Positions 1-11,145 of a stretch of DNA of 64,000 nucleotides are shown here, one piece after another (position 1 is the first letter of the stretch; every line of letters starts with the position of its first letter). Below the pieces are notes generated by a model. The model had not been told where the DNA came from. It was given only the letters and a program-made list of their open reading frames with translations, and ran no database searches. The DNA is from Camelus ferus (taxonomy: Eukaryota): assembly GCF_009834535.1 (NCBI RefSeq), contig NC_045696.1, positions 5,830,001 to 5,894,000 of the forward strand, written 5' to 3'. The position numbers were made by a program, and so were the translations under genes.

Positions 1-510
1 TTTGTAAACTGATATGCAGTCATTTTCTGGTGGAGTATGCGGTCTGGCTTCATACTCTCTTATTTTGCACTTCCAGTAAGTTTTAGCACGGTATTTTCTA
101 TCAAGTCTATGGACATAGTTGTTATGAACCACTGTTTTAAGACGCCAGGCCTGCTGGTCATTGTGGACACCACCAGGAGGGCTCAGATTCATGTGACGTC
201 AAGGTGGGAGTGCTGCGTCAGTGGAGCAATGAAACCAAACTGTCAACGGGCTGTTTCATCTTTTATGGCAGAATTGCCTGGCAGCCAGTCAGTTGTGCGC
301 TGCGAAGGCCTTGGGGAAGTGGTGCAGCAGAGCCGTCTGCGGGAAACACGCTGGCGGTGAAGGTGCTGGAAGGTTCCGCTCGTGTCAGCGGTGCTCGGGG
401 CCTGGGCGCTCCGGGAACACGTGGGCTTGTTCCGAGTCTCCTAAATCATCTGTCCTGTAGAGTTTAAGTTAGCTTTCAGTGTTCAGAAACATTCTTTAAA
501 GGGAAAATTT

Positions 511-1522
511 TTTTTTTTTATTGATTTATAATCATTTTACAATGTTGTGTCAAATTCCAGTGTTCAGCACAATTTTTCAGTTATTCATGGACATACACAT
601 ACTCATTGTCACATTTTTTTCTCTGTGAGTTATCATAACATTTTGTGTATATTTCCCTGTGCTATACAGTGTAGTCTATTCTACAATTTTGAAATCCCAG
701 TCTATCCCTTCCCACCCTCCACCCCCCTGGTAACCACAAGTCTGTATTCTCTGTCTGTGAGTCTATTTCTGTCCTTTATTTACGCTTTGTTTTTGTTTGT
801 TTGTTTTTGTTTTTGTTTTTTAGATTCCACATATGAGCGATCTCATATGGTATTTTTCTTTCTCTTTCTGGCTTACTTCACTTAGAATGACATTCTCCAG
901 GAGCATCCATGTTGCTGCAAATGGCATTATGTTGTCGGTTTTTATGGCTGAGTAGTATTCCATTGTATAAATATACCACATCTTCTTTATCCAGTCACCT
1001 GTTGATGGACATTTAGGCTGTTTCCATGTTTTGGCTATTGTAAATAGTGCTGCTATGAGCATTGGGGTGCAGGTGTCATCCTGAAGTAGATTTCCTTCTG
1101 GATACAAGCCCAGGAGTGGGATTCCTGGGTCATATGGTAAGTCTATTCCTAGTCTTTTGAAGAATCTCCACACTGTTTTCCATAGTGGCTGCACCAAACT
1201 GCATTCCCACCAGCAGTGTAGGAGGGTTCCCCTTTCTCCACAGCCTCTCCAGCATTTGTCATTTGTGGATTTTTGAATGACGGCCATCTGACTGGTGTGA
1301 GGTGATACCTCATTGTAGTTTTGATTTGCGTTTCTCTGATAATTAGTGATATTGAGCATTTTTTCATATGCTTTTTGATCATTTGTATGTCTTCCTTGGA
1401 GAATTGCTTGTTTAGGTCTTCTGCCCATTTTTGGATTGGGTTGTTTATTTTTTTCTTATTGAGTCGTATGAGCTGCTTATATATTCTGGAGATCAAGCCT
1501 TTGTCGGTTTCACTTGCAAAAA
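511..1522 (-). mobile_element. 5'-truncated young L1 (ORF2 C-terminus, 3'UTR, polyA), antisense in the last PSMG1 intron
   Basis: ORFs 1149-1496 and 820-1428 encode the L1 ORF2 end (RYHLTPVR...HCWWEC...KKMWYIYTMEYYSAIK), joined by one frameshift near 1287. Perfect 16-bp TSD tttaaagggaaaattt at 495-510 and 1523-1538. Confidence 0.95.
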
Positions 1523-2258
1523 TTTAAAGGGAAAATTTAAATAACTTTCTTTAACGTTTCCATTTCTTGCTCTGAACATGATGATTTGCGGGCGGGGTTG
1601 GAAGAGTGCTGTTTTCCTAGTGACCAAGTACCGTCCTCCTGGGTCACTGCGTAGTTTCTGTCCATTGAAAGTGTTGTTTGGGTAACCATGGGGAGTTCTC
1701 TCAAGTGCCCGCTGTGTGGACCCACAGTGTCTCGTGGGCCACAGCCTGGAGGTGGCGCAGGTGGCCGTGGCGCCAGCCAGGGTCGGGGGGAGCAGCGGCC
1801 AAGGTTAACCCGAGGAGAGGCTCCCGGGAAGGTGGCCGTTCAGCTACACTTGGCAGATGGGGGCTCCTAGTGGGTAGGGCTGTGCAGAGGGAGGCAACGT
1901 GAGCACGAAGTGGGCACGTTCCGGGCGCCTGGGGAGAGCGGCGTGAGTGTGGGTGGGAGTGGGGTGCAGAGGGAAGTGAGCTCACGTGGGAGGGGTGCGC
2001 CGAGTGGCGCGTCATGTCCCTCTAAGGCCCTCAGACCCCTGGGGAGGCCCTGGGGTCACACCTGTTCCGGCAGCGCTTGGACCAGGGGTCGGCTCGCTTG
2101 GATGTTGTGCCTTTTGAGCGTGGAGCTGAGAGGCCGGCTGGCTCCGCTGGCTGCACTTCTTTGCTTATGTCTCGATAGCGTAGGGACTGGCCTGTGTGCA
2201 TTGCTTCTAACTGAGTTCCCAACCTCAATATTTCAACAGCTTTTTTCTCTCCTTCCAG

Positions 2259-2333
2259 AATATTCCCCAGAGCACAGAGATACTGAAGAAATTGATGACG
2301 ACAAATGAGATTCAGAGTAACATTTACACATGA
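2259..2333 (+). CDS. PSMG1: Terminal coding exon of proteasome assembly chaperone 1 (PAC1/DSCR2)
   Basis: Polypyrimidine tract plus acceptor (ttttttctctccttccAG, AG at 2257-2258), then a phase-0 frame NIPQSTEILKKLMTTNEIQSNIYT-TGA that matches the human PSMG1 C-terminus as I recall it. Branch-point-like TTCTAAC at 2205-2211. Upstream exons lie outside the window, so 1-2258 is the last intron. Confidence 0.95.
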   Translation, partial: NIPQSTEILKKLMTTNEIQSNIYT

Positions 2334-2443
2334 TTCTGAAGATTGTTTTGTAGTGTATCACCCATCCATTCGTTTAAGGGGAGCAGCGTGCAGTGTTTTG
2401 TAGGTTACTTTTTTCAGGGAAGTATTTTGAGGGAGTGAAAAAC

Positions 2444-2449
2444 AATAAA
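2444..2449 (+). terminator. PSMG1: PSMG1 polyadenylation signal AATAAA
   Basis: AATAAA ~110 nt after the stop codon, followed by a U/GU-rich downstream element (ttgtagttttagttccttttttatggtggt). Confidence 0.75.
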
Positions 2450-2527
2450 CTTACCTTAAATTCCTTGTAGTTTTAGTTCCTTTTTTATGGTGGTACTGTT
2501 CACAACTGAAATAAGCCATTTTTTTAT

Positions 2528-2541
2528 CCACTAGGTGGGAG
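2528..2541 (+). promoter_or_regulatory. Possible CTCF site just 3' of PSMG1
   Basis: CCACTAGGTGGGAG differs from the CTCF core CCASYAGRKGGCRS at one position; motif evidence only. Confidence 0.3.
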
Positions 2542-2687
2542 TATTGTTTTGTTTGAATATTTTAAGGTAATATAGTTAAATTGCTAAAAAGCTACAGATA
2601 CCAACAGGTTTATTAATATGTCAAAATATATACTTGAGTGCAAAAATTCTGTATGGTTTGTGAAAGTTGATGATCTATGGGTGATTC

Positions 2688-2908
2688 TTTTTTTTTAATC
2701 TTTATTTTAATTGAAGTATAGTCAGTTTACAGTTCTGTGTCAATTTCTGATGCACTGCATAATGTTTCAGTCATACATACACATACATTTATTCCTTTTC
2801 ATATTCTTTTTCAGCAAGTTACTACAAGATATTGAATACAGTTCCCTGTGCTATATAGTAGAAAATTCTTGTTAATCTGCTTTATATATTGTAGTTAGTA
2901 TGTGCAAA
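2688..2908 (-). mobile_element. L1 3'UTR/polyA fragment running into the assembly gap
   Basis: PolyT then aattgaagtatagtcagtttac..., the same 3' end as other L1 copies in the window. Confidence 0.85.
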
Positions 2909-3008
2909 NNNNNNNNNNNNNNNNNNNNNNNNNNNNNNNNNNNNNNNNNNNNNNNNNNNNNNNNNNNNNNNNNNNNNNNNNNNNNNNNNNNNNNNNNNNN
3001 NNNNNNNN
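2909..3008. other. Assembly gap (100 N)
   Basis: Exactly 100 N, typical of an unknown-size scaffold gap. Confidence 0.99.
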
Positions 3009-3279
3009 CTTTCATTTTGGCAGATTGGCTGACTGGGGTTCATGAAGAAATGTCCACATGTGTTCAACTTCCCCGGCAAGACTGGTGGCCCCTGAAGGCC
3101 TCTCAGAGGGCAACTTTTGAGTGTGGTATTGATGGCAGGAGGTCTAGGGGGCCTCACAAGCCCCCTCAAATCCAGAGCTGGCATCAAAGCCAGGGGTGAA
3201 CTGCTTTTGGGGGAGGGTGGTCTTCTCATGCCTTCAGAACTGGGCAAGGGCCTTGGGTCCGAGCTCCTCCACCCCAGAG

Positions 3280-3799
3280 TGACTCACTAAACTGCCCTGA
3301 GTGCCTTCTTTGAAACGGAGACGGTGGTGACCCTTGATGTTACTGTGGCCCCCCCTTTGTAACTGCTCCTTCCCTGTCCCGCTGGTGATGTGGTGAGTGG
3401 CAGGACCCGGAGGCCGCTGCCGGGAGCTGCACAACCTCAGCTTCTTTCTTCTCCCGGATCACCTGGGGAGCCCCAGGAGCCCTCCCCAGGACCCACGGAA
3501 TCCCCGCTGCCTGCCTGGTGACTGCGCAGGAGAGCCGGACCCGCCTGAGTCACGAGGCTGCTTTCTCCCCGGCACTGAGTCATTCTTAACAAGGCCTTCT
3601 GACGGGCAAATGGCTGTCATGACCCAAGATTCATCTAAGCCTGCAGGTACAGCCTGGGGGAGGGGGGAAGCACACAGGCTGAGGGAGGGAGGATCCTGCA
3701 GAGGAATCATGGGTTAGGATCCTGACTGCCTGAGGGCCAGGCCCACGTGGATATGCGAGTCAGGGGACAAGAGACAGCAGAGAGGTCGCTGGTGAGTCA
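3280..3799. promoter_or_regulatory. AP-1 motif cluster (candidate enhancer)
   Basis: Perfect TGASTCA at 3280, 3546, 3576 and 3793, plus E-box CACGTG at 3744. Confidence 0.45.
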
Positions 3800-3843
3800 G
3801 GGCATTTCAGCACCAGTAAGAGTAACTCCTGGGACCCTGAGCT

Positions 3844-4778
3844 TTTTTTTTCTTTTTAATTGAAGTGTAGTTCATTTACAATGTTAGTTTCTGGTGTACA
3901 GCAAACTGGTTCAGTTATATACATGTAACTGCAGTTATATATACATATATTCTTTTTCAGATTCTTTTCCATTATAGGCTGTTACAAGATATTGAATATA
4001 GCTCCCTGTGCTATAGCGTGAATCCTTGCCATTTATCTGTTTTATATATAGTGATGTATATCTGTTAATCCCAAACTCCTAATTTATCCCTCTCTCCCTG
4101 CTTTTCCCTTTGGTAACCGTGTTTGTTTTCTATGTCTATGAGTCTATTTCTGGTTTGTAAATAAGTTTGTATCTTTTTTTTCTGGATTCCCCATGTAAGT
4201 GTTATGATGTTTGTCTTTGACTTCCTTTACTTCATGTTATAATCTCCAGGTCCATCTCTGTTGCTACAAATGGCATCATTGCATTCTTTTTTATGGCTGA
4301 GTAATATTCACACACACATATATATTTTATATATATATACACACACCACATATTCTTTATCCATTCGTCAGTGGACATTTAGGATGCTTGCATGTCTTGG
4401 ATATTGTAAACAGTGCTGCTATGAACACTGGAGTGCATGTATCTTTTTGAATTAGAGTTCTCTCCAGATATATGCCCAAGAGTGGGGTTGCTGGATCATG
4501 TGGTAACTCTATTTTTAGTTTTTTAAGGAACCTCCATACTATTCTCCATAGTGGCTGCACCAATTTTCATTCCCACCAACAGTGTAGGAGGGTTCCTTTT
4601 CCTCCATACCCTCTCCAGCATCGATTATTTGTAGACTTCTTAATGATGGCCATTCTGACAAGCGTGAGATGGTACCTCATTGTAGTTTTGATTTGCATTT
4701 CTCTAATAATTAGCAGTATTGCGCATCTTTTCATGTGCCTGTTGGCCATCTGGATGTCTTTGGAGAAATGTCTATTTA
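3844..4778 (-). mobile_element. 5'-truncated L1 (ORF2 end plus 3'UTR)
   Basis: ORFs 4357-4563 and 4567-4851 are L1 ORF2-like. 14-bp TSD tgggaccctgagct at 3830-3843 and 4779-4792. Confidence 0.93.
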
Positions 4779-5349
4779 TGGGACCCTGAGCTATGAATCT
4801 CTTTAAAAGATGATCATTATAAACCTGACCATCTTCATAAAGCCCTAACAACCAGCTGACAAATGTTCAATCATATTAACCACTTTTTAACTTCAAAATC
4901 TCTTCCAGCATTAGTTCAGATTTTCTCCTTGAGTCCTGTTTTATTTCCCTGTCATATGTTATAGTTTTTGCCACTATCTGGTTTTCTATGCAGCAGCATA
5001 ATCCTCTCTGGTGTCCCTTTTTTATGTATGATATGATGTGGTAGAAGAACCATGGGCTTGGAGCCAGGACACCTGGTCTGAGTCCCCTGAAGCTTTAGGA
5101 CCAGAGGGGAACCCTCCCATCTCTCCACCTGACCCTGCTGTCTCCTTCGGGAGGGAGGGGTGATAATCCGACCTTCTTCAAGGGTGTGGAGCCTAAGATA
5201 AAATCAGTGTGCATGAGATTAAAACAAAACCCATCATGTATTCTGCAAAGCACACATTATCTTAGTAGTTCCCTCATCATTTCTGGATCACCATGAACTC
5301 AAGTGGTTTCCAGCCGCTCATGCTTATAAACAGTGCTGTAGCTTAAAAT

Positions 5350-5665
5350 TTTAAAAATTTATTATTAATTAATAGACCTTTTTAGAGCAGTTTTAGGTTT
5401 ATGGAAAAATGAGTCAAAAGTGCAGAGTTCCCAGAAACCCCTTCCCACTCCCTCCCACAGCTCCTCCTGTTATTAGCATGTGTCCAAGTGCTGTATTTGT
5501 TACAATCAATGAGCCACTATGGATACATTATTATTAACTAAAGACCTCATTTACATTAGGGGTCACTCTTTGTGTTGTACTTCGTATGGCTTTTGACAAA
5601 TGCATAATGACATGTATTCACCATTTCAGAATCATGCAGAATAGTTTCACTGCCCTAGAAATCCA
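5350..5665 (-). mobile_element. Old L1M (L1MC/MD-like) 3'UTR
   Basis: tttagagcagttttaggttt...agagttccca...gaatagtttcactgccctagaaatc motifs; a related copy lies at ~19977-20270. Confidence 0.7.
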
Positions 5666-5959
5666 CTGCTGTGGCATTTTTGCACAATGTCTCTGCAGTT
5701 CATTTGGTTATTCAGTGACTTCACTGGAGTCCTAGCAAGGGGTATGACTACCTTTGTAATTTTCATCACACCTGGCCACTTTGCTAAACATCCAGGTTAC
5801 ATTTGTAGCACCTTGAAAATATAGAAATGTGTCTGTTCCCGTATGACTCCATAATACTGGATTTAATTATTGTTCCTAGCTGGAGATTAAAGACTTTATT
5901 TTAGAATAACTTTTTATCATCAAAGCAATGAATGCTTATTCAGAATCCCAACCATCCCT

Positions 5960-6115
5960 GTATTTATTCATTGAACACCAGTTTATTAAGTGCCTGCTGG
6001 GTTAGGACCCCTTCTGGCTCTGGGGCTACATAATAGAACCAGATGGCCATGGGTCATTGTCTCCAAGGAGTTCACATTTGGGCAGGCAGGACAGATGATA
6101 AGTAAGCAATTTTAA
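5960..6115 (-). mobile_element. L2 3' remnant
   Basis: tatttattcattgaacaccagtttattaagtgcctgc...ctccaaggagttcacatt resembles the L2 3' end. Confidence 0.55.
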
Positions 6116-8360
6116 GATATGGCAGTTAGTGAGAAGTGCCCAGGGGTAAGGGGTGAAGGGGTAGACCTGTGGTTTGCCACCTGAGTACTAGTTAGGAACC
6201 CCCCTCCACCCGCCAACCCAAACCATGGACTTTCAGATACATCTGGGAACCCATCTGGGATAGGCTGACTCAAAACACAGGGCTGAGGGCGTGAAAGCTT
6301 GCAGGCAGCTCTGGGTACATCCAGCACTGAGTCTCTCCAGGTGGACAAGTGCGAGAGCGGAAGTGGCTTTGGTTTTGGACAGGTTGGCAGAGAAGTCCTC
6401 TCCTGTGAGGTGCACTTGCTCAGGGAAGCTGGGTTGGGGGAGCGCTGGGACACAGGGAACAGCACTGCGGGCAGGGGAGCACCTAGCAGAGCTCTGAGGC
6501 AAGCAGGGCATTCTGGTTCCCACCCTGAGTGTTGGACTCCTGAGACCTCTTCACTGTCATGGACATGGAATTGCTTAGGGACCAGCCTGGAAACAGGGAG
6601 AAAAGGAAAAAAGGAAGAAACCCACAGAGCTTCCTCCCACAATCAGAGCCTTAGGAGAGCCCCTTCCCCACTCCCGGAGGGCTCCCTGTCCACCCTGATG
6701 AGCGCCCTGGGGTGGCAGCTGGTTGAGTTCAGGCCACTGGTGGGAAGAAGAAATGGTCAACTCCCCTTCGGTTGGGTGAGCCTCTGAATTCTGGCCTTTT
6801 TTCCTGGTCGCCTACCTGCCGCCGTTTACTTTCCAGAGTGCTCATGAATTCTGTCCAGGTTTTATAGCTGCGCTTAGTGGGAGAGACAGGACTGAAATGG
6901 GCAGGTGTTACTTTTGTCTCTGTTTTACAGATGAGAAATGGTACTGAACGGAACATGTCTGGGACATTCACAGGGCTTAAGAGGGGGCCTGCTGGACCTG
7001 AGCCAGGGCTGGACCTCTTGACTCGCTGGCCCCCACCCCCATCACCCCCTGCCCACCTGCTCCACCCTAGTTTATTTCAACAGGCTCCTGCTGTCAGACA
7101 CGTAGGCTGGTTCTGTTTTTAATATGATGAAATATGATAGAATTCCATACCCGCAAGTCTTTGAGCACATGTCTGTTTCTGGAAGTGGACTTGTTGAGTC
7201 TAAGAGCGTGAATACCTTTAAGACTTCAGTTAAAAAATGAGCACGTGTTAGGAAGTGTTCAGCAGGATGTCTGTGCTGTCCTCAGATGTCCTTGGTGACC
7301 TGCCCCTTGGGGTGAGGGGGTGAACGGCTGGGGATTGACTTGACCACACTGGACCCTGGGTGGGGAGCACTCCAGCCTAGGGTCCACAGTCTAGCGAGAC
7401 CCTGCAGGGGAGGGGTGTACCCGCCTTGCTTTGGGCGTGGCTTTTGCACCTGGAGCCCCTGCTGGGGCGGGGTGCCCCCAAAGCCCTGGGCTATCGGCTC
7501 CCAGCCACCCTGCACGTAGCTGGTTCAAAAGTCGTTGTCCTAATTTGACCCCTTTGTGCATCACCCCTAACTTATTAAGCCCCACATCTGCATAAATTTC
7601 CTTTTAGTATTGAAAGGTCATTGCTATATTTGTCTTCTCCCCAAATGAGACAAGAACCTTCTCACTTCCCTGTGGTCTCGCTCTGGCCTTCCCACCCCTG
7701 CCCCCGACATCTGTTCACACAGTTGTATCTGGAGTTTATTCCCACATCAGTCTGCATAGTGGGCACTGCTGGTGCCCCCCAAGGGCCCTTCAGAGGGCTG
7801 AGAGCTGCCTGCTAACAGCTCCCAGGCCCCCATGGTCTGCCTCGCCCTGGACAGCCTTTGGCCAGTTACTGACCACCGGTGAGCTGGTCAGAGCTGGACT
7901 CCAGCCGCTCCCTGCATTTCCAGCCCAGTCCTGCCTCCCTTGCTCCCCTGAGCCCTGCAACCCCTTCACGAGAGCCTCTGCCAGGCTCTGCTGCTGGGAA
8001 CTTGGCCTGAGGCACGAGGAACATAATATTTCGGACTCACGGCTAATTTTGACCACACTTTTTTCTTTTGCTGAATTTTACACTGATCCTCACTTATTCT
8101 ATCCTCCTGCCTTCTTCTGGTTTTTTTTTCTTCCTGCCAGAGTAAATGCCTCAAAGATTTTCTCAAATAGGCCCCTGTGGAATAAGTTCTTTGAAATCAT
8201 GTGTGTATGAGAATAACGTCACTTCCTCTGTAAGTTACTTAGTTTTTCGTCACAAAGCTCACTATTTTAGGTTAAAATGCTTTTCCTTCAGAATATTCAA
8301 GCGGTTCCCCGCTGTCCCTCTGACAGCCCCGGTGAGAGTTTGGTTTTGTTCCGTGGTAGG

Positions 8361-8810
8361 TGCTGTGGCTGAGTCGTGTGCTCTAGAAAGGCACGCTGAG
8401 GCGCCGGCCCCTGGCTCCTGTGCGTGGGCCCGTGTTTGGAAGAAGTGTTGTTGCAGATGCAACTAGCTAAGAGGCGGCCAGACTGGAGTGAGGTGGGCCC
8501 GAGTCCAGTATGACTGGTGTCCCTGTAGGACGAGGAGAGGAGACATGGACACACCGGGACTCGCTGTGTGATGACGGAGGCAGAGATGGGGTGGGGCCTC
8601 CCCAGCCAGGGACCCCCAAGGATGGCCAGCAACCCCCGGAAGCTGGCGGAGAGGCCCAGGACACAGTGGCCCCCTAGAGCCTTCTGGGGGAGCCTGGCCC
8701 TGCTCTGCTGTTGGCCTTGGACTTCTAGAACTATGAGAGGAGACACTTCAGTTGTCGGAAGACAGCCAGGTGGTGCCGCTTCACGCAGGCGGCCCGGGTA
8801 AACCAACACA
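8361..8810 (+). mobile_element. MaLR solo LTR (MLT1C/D-like)
   Basis: tgtggctg start, tatgactggtgtccctgtagga, gacggaggcagagatggg, gccagcaacccccggaagctgg, gacttctagaactatgagag, and an ...aaccaacaca end. Confidence 0.8.
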
Positions 8811-10627
8811 GTGGGTAATCCACATTTTCCTTTTGGGAGATTTGAAATTTCACTTTCTTCCAACCCTTATCTTCTAAGTATTACTATCAGCAGGGTGATA
8901 CTGTCTCCCTGGGGGTTGGAGAAAAGGCCTAATGGAGGTGGTTGGGGTGAATTTTAGGAAGACAGAAACTTCTAGTGTGCACAGGGCTCACCAGCCTCGC
9001 CTCCCACTCTCAGCCCCGCTCTCACTTCCTTCTGGGTGCTTCTCTTTGGTGGGAAGCCAGCTGCAAACAACTGCCCTCGGAATGCTCGGCTGGTCAGAGC
9101 TGCAGGGAATGCCCCCGGTGGGCGCGAGGCCACCCACCGAGGAAGGGGGTACGGGTGGGCAGAGATGCTCGGGTCCGGGCTCCAAGGTTGGGCATGCAAA
9201 GCGGTTGTTTTGCTCTGCACTCGCTGTCTTGCGGCGGGGGGTCCTGAGTACCCCAAATTCCCTGCACGGCTCCTGGTCCTCAGCTGAGCAGTGCCAGTCG
9301 GGGGGCGGGGATCTGGGAGGGGTCTGCTCTGATGGTTTCTGGAGGAGAGAAGGAGCCACAAGTCGAAGGTGCCTTCCCAGCCCCTACGTGGGACCCCCGG
9401 GACTTGATGGCTTCTCCTATCTGCCCTTCACCCCACCCTCCAACACCCACCCGGGGCCCACCTCCTATTTTTTCAGCGTTGAAGAGGCCCTTAGACCCAC
9501 CACGTTCTTTTATCAGCTGCTTAATCTCAGTGGGTTGTTCTGAGGAGGCACCTGGCGGCCCCCCCAGTTCTCCACTTCGTGTGGCCATCACAAAGCTCTT
9601 TGAACAAATCAAGAATTTCACTCCCAGCCTCCTGTGTTCTGAGATGTGCTCAGATTCTTGCCTGGATTTCTCTTCTGTTTACTCTGATGCTGATGGGGGA
9701 GGAGGGGGAAACGGGGGGCCCACATCTTACCAGAGGCTGCGTGGGGGCAGGGAGGGGCAGGGAAGTCCCTCCCAACAGCGGCGGCTGGGGACTGCTGCGG
9801 ATTCAAGGAGAACCAGCGTTCAAGGCCCCAGGAAGGAGCTGGGGCCACTGTTGGGATTTTGCACAGGAAAAGCCAAGAGCAGCGGGCCAAGAGAGGACGT
9901 GCCTTTGAGGACCCCCGGGGGTGTGAGCCGCAGGTGGCGTGGCGAGGCCCTGGGGCAAGTGGCTGGGGTTTTACATCAGCACCTGTTTCCTCCCAGATTA
10001 GCAGGAAATGGTGAGCACTGTCGGGATGGAGAGGACCCGGGGCCTCATCCGTCGGGGAGAAGCCTCCTTGCTGGAGAGGCCGAGCTGTGGCTGCCCTCCC
10101 CGCGCTGAGGGACCGCCCTTGCTCTGGGCGGCCCTGGGCTGTCGGAAGGGAGCCTAGACTTTGGACAGAACAGCCCGTGGTCCAGGAATCTGGAAGATTC
10201 TGACTCTCTCTGGGACGGTGTGGTCAACTGAAATTTGCAGACCATCCTCAGACCTCATTCATGCCAAATGAGCACCGCAAGATTTTTGGATGGTGCCAGT
10301 CAGGCACTTGGCTCTGTGGGGTGTGGGTGTCAGGGTGGGAGGGATGGTGTCCATGCACGTGCACCAACGACTTCTCCCTGCAGATCACCCGGGAGGCAGC
10401 CAGGGTCTCGGGGCGTGACCTGCGTGGCCAGCTTCCCACACCTCACCCTGTCCCTGCTCGGTCTGGGGGCCCTGTCTGTCCAATGTGTGTGTGTTGAGGA
10501 CGTGTTTTGTGGCAAGTCAGGGGCTGGGCACCTGCTGGGGGTCACGGAGGTAGAAGAGACTCAGCTTGTGCCCATTTTTGACTTATTATCCAGATAGTAT
10601 TTTAGGGAGTCCCATCTGTCTACCAGT

Positions 10628-11145
10628 GAGTGTCAGGGTTCTCCAGAGAAACAGAACAAATAGAATGTGCATATTTCTCTCTCTCTCTATGTATATATAA
10701 TATAATATATAATATAATGGTTTATATATATATATAGAGAGAGAACAGATACTTATAGCACAGATTCCTATGATTCATGAATTTTATATATATATATATG
10801 TGTATATCCAACTATCTATTCTTCTTAAAATCTAAAAATCTAAAATCTGCAGGGCAGAACAGCAGTCTGGAGACACAGGGAGGAGATGATATTGCAGCTT
10901 GAGTCCAGAGGTAGCCTAGAGGCAGAATTCTCTCTTCCTCAAGTAACCTCAGCCTCTTCTCTTAAGGCCTTCGACTGCTTGGACGAGGCCCACCCACATT
11001 ATGGAGGGAAATCGACTTTACTCCAAGGCTACTGATTTAAATGTGAATCACACCTGAAAAAATACCTTCACAGCCACACCTGTGTTTGACCAAACTTGGT
11101 TTTACTGTAGCCCAACCAAGTTGACACATGAGATTAACCATCCTA
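10628..11145 (-). mobile_element. ERVL solo LTR (MLT2-like) with internal (TA)n
   Basis: cagggttctccagagaaacagaac...aggcccacccacattatggaggg...caagttgacacatgagattaaccatc. Confidence 0.85.

Noticed and set aside
820..1496. ORFs read as a host gene or active retroelement
   Set aside because: Only the frameshifted C-terminus of L1 ORF2; no promoter, ORF1, endonuclease or RT domain.
1910..2308. 132-aa ORF overlapping the PSMG1 exon
   Set aside because: Wrong frame and mostly intronic; the real exon frame is 2259-2333.
8932..10108. Overlapping 203-aa and 258-aa ORFs
   Set aside because: Several frames are open on both strands because of GC richness; no homology recognised.
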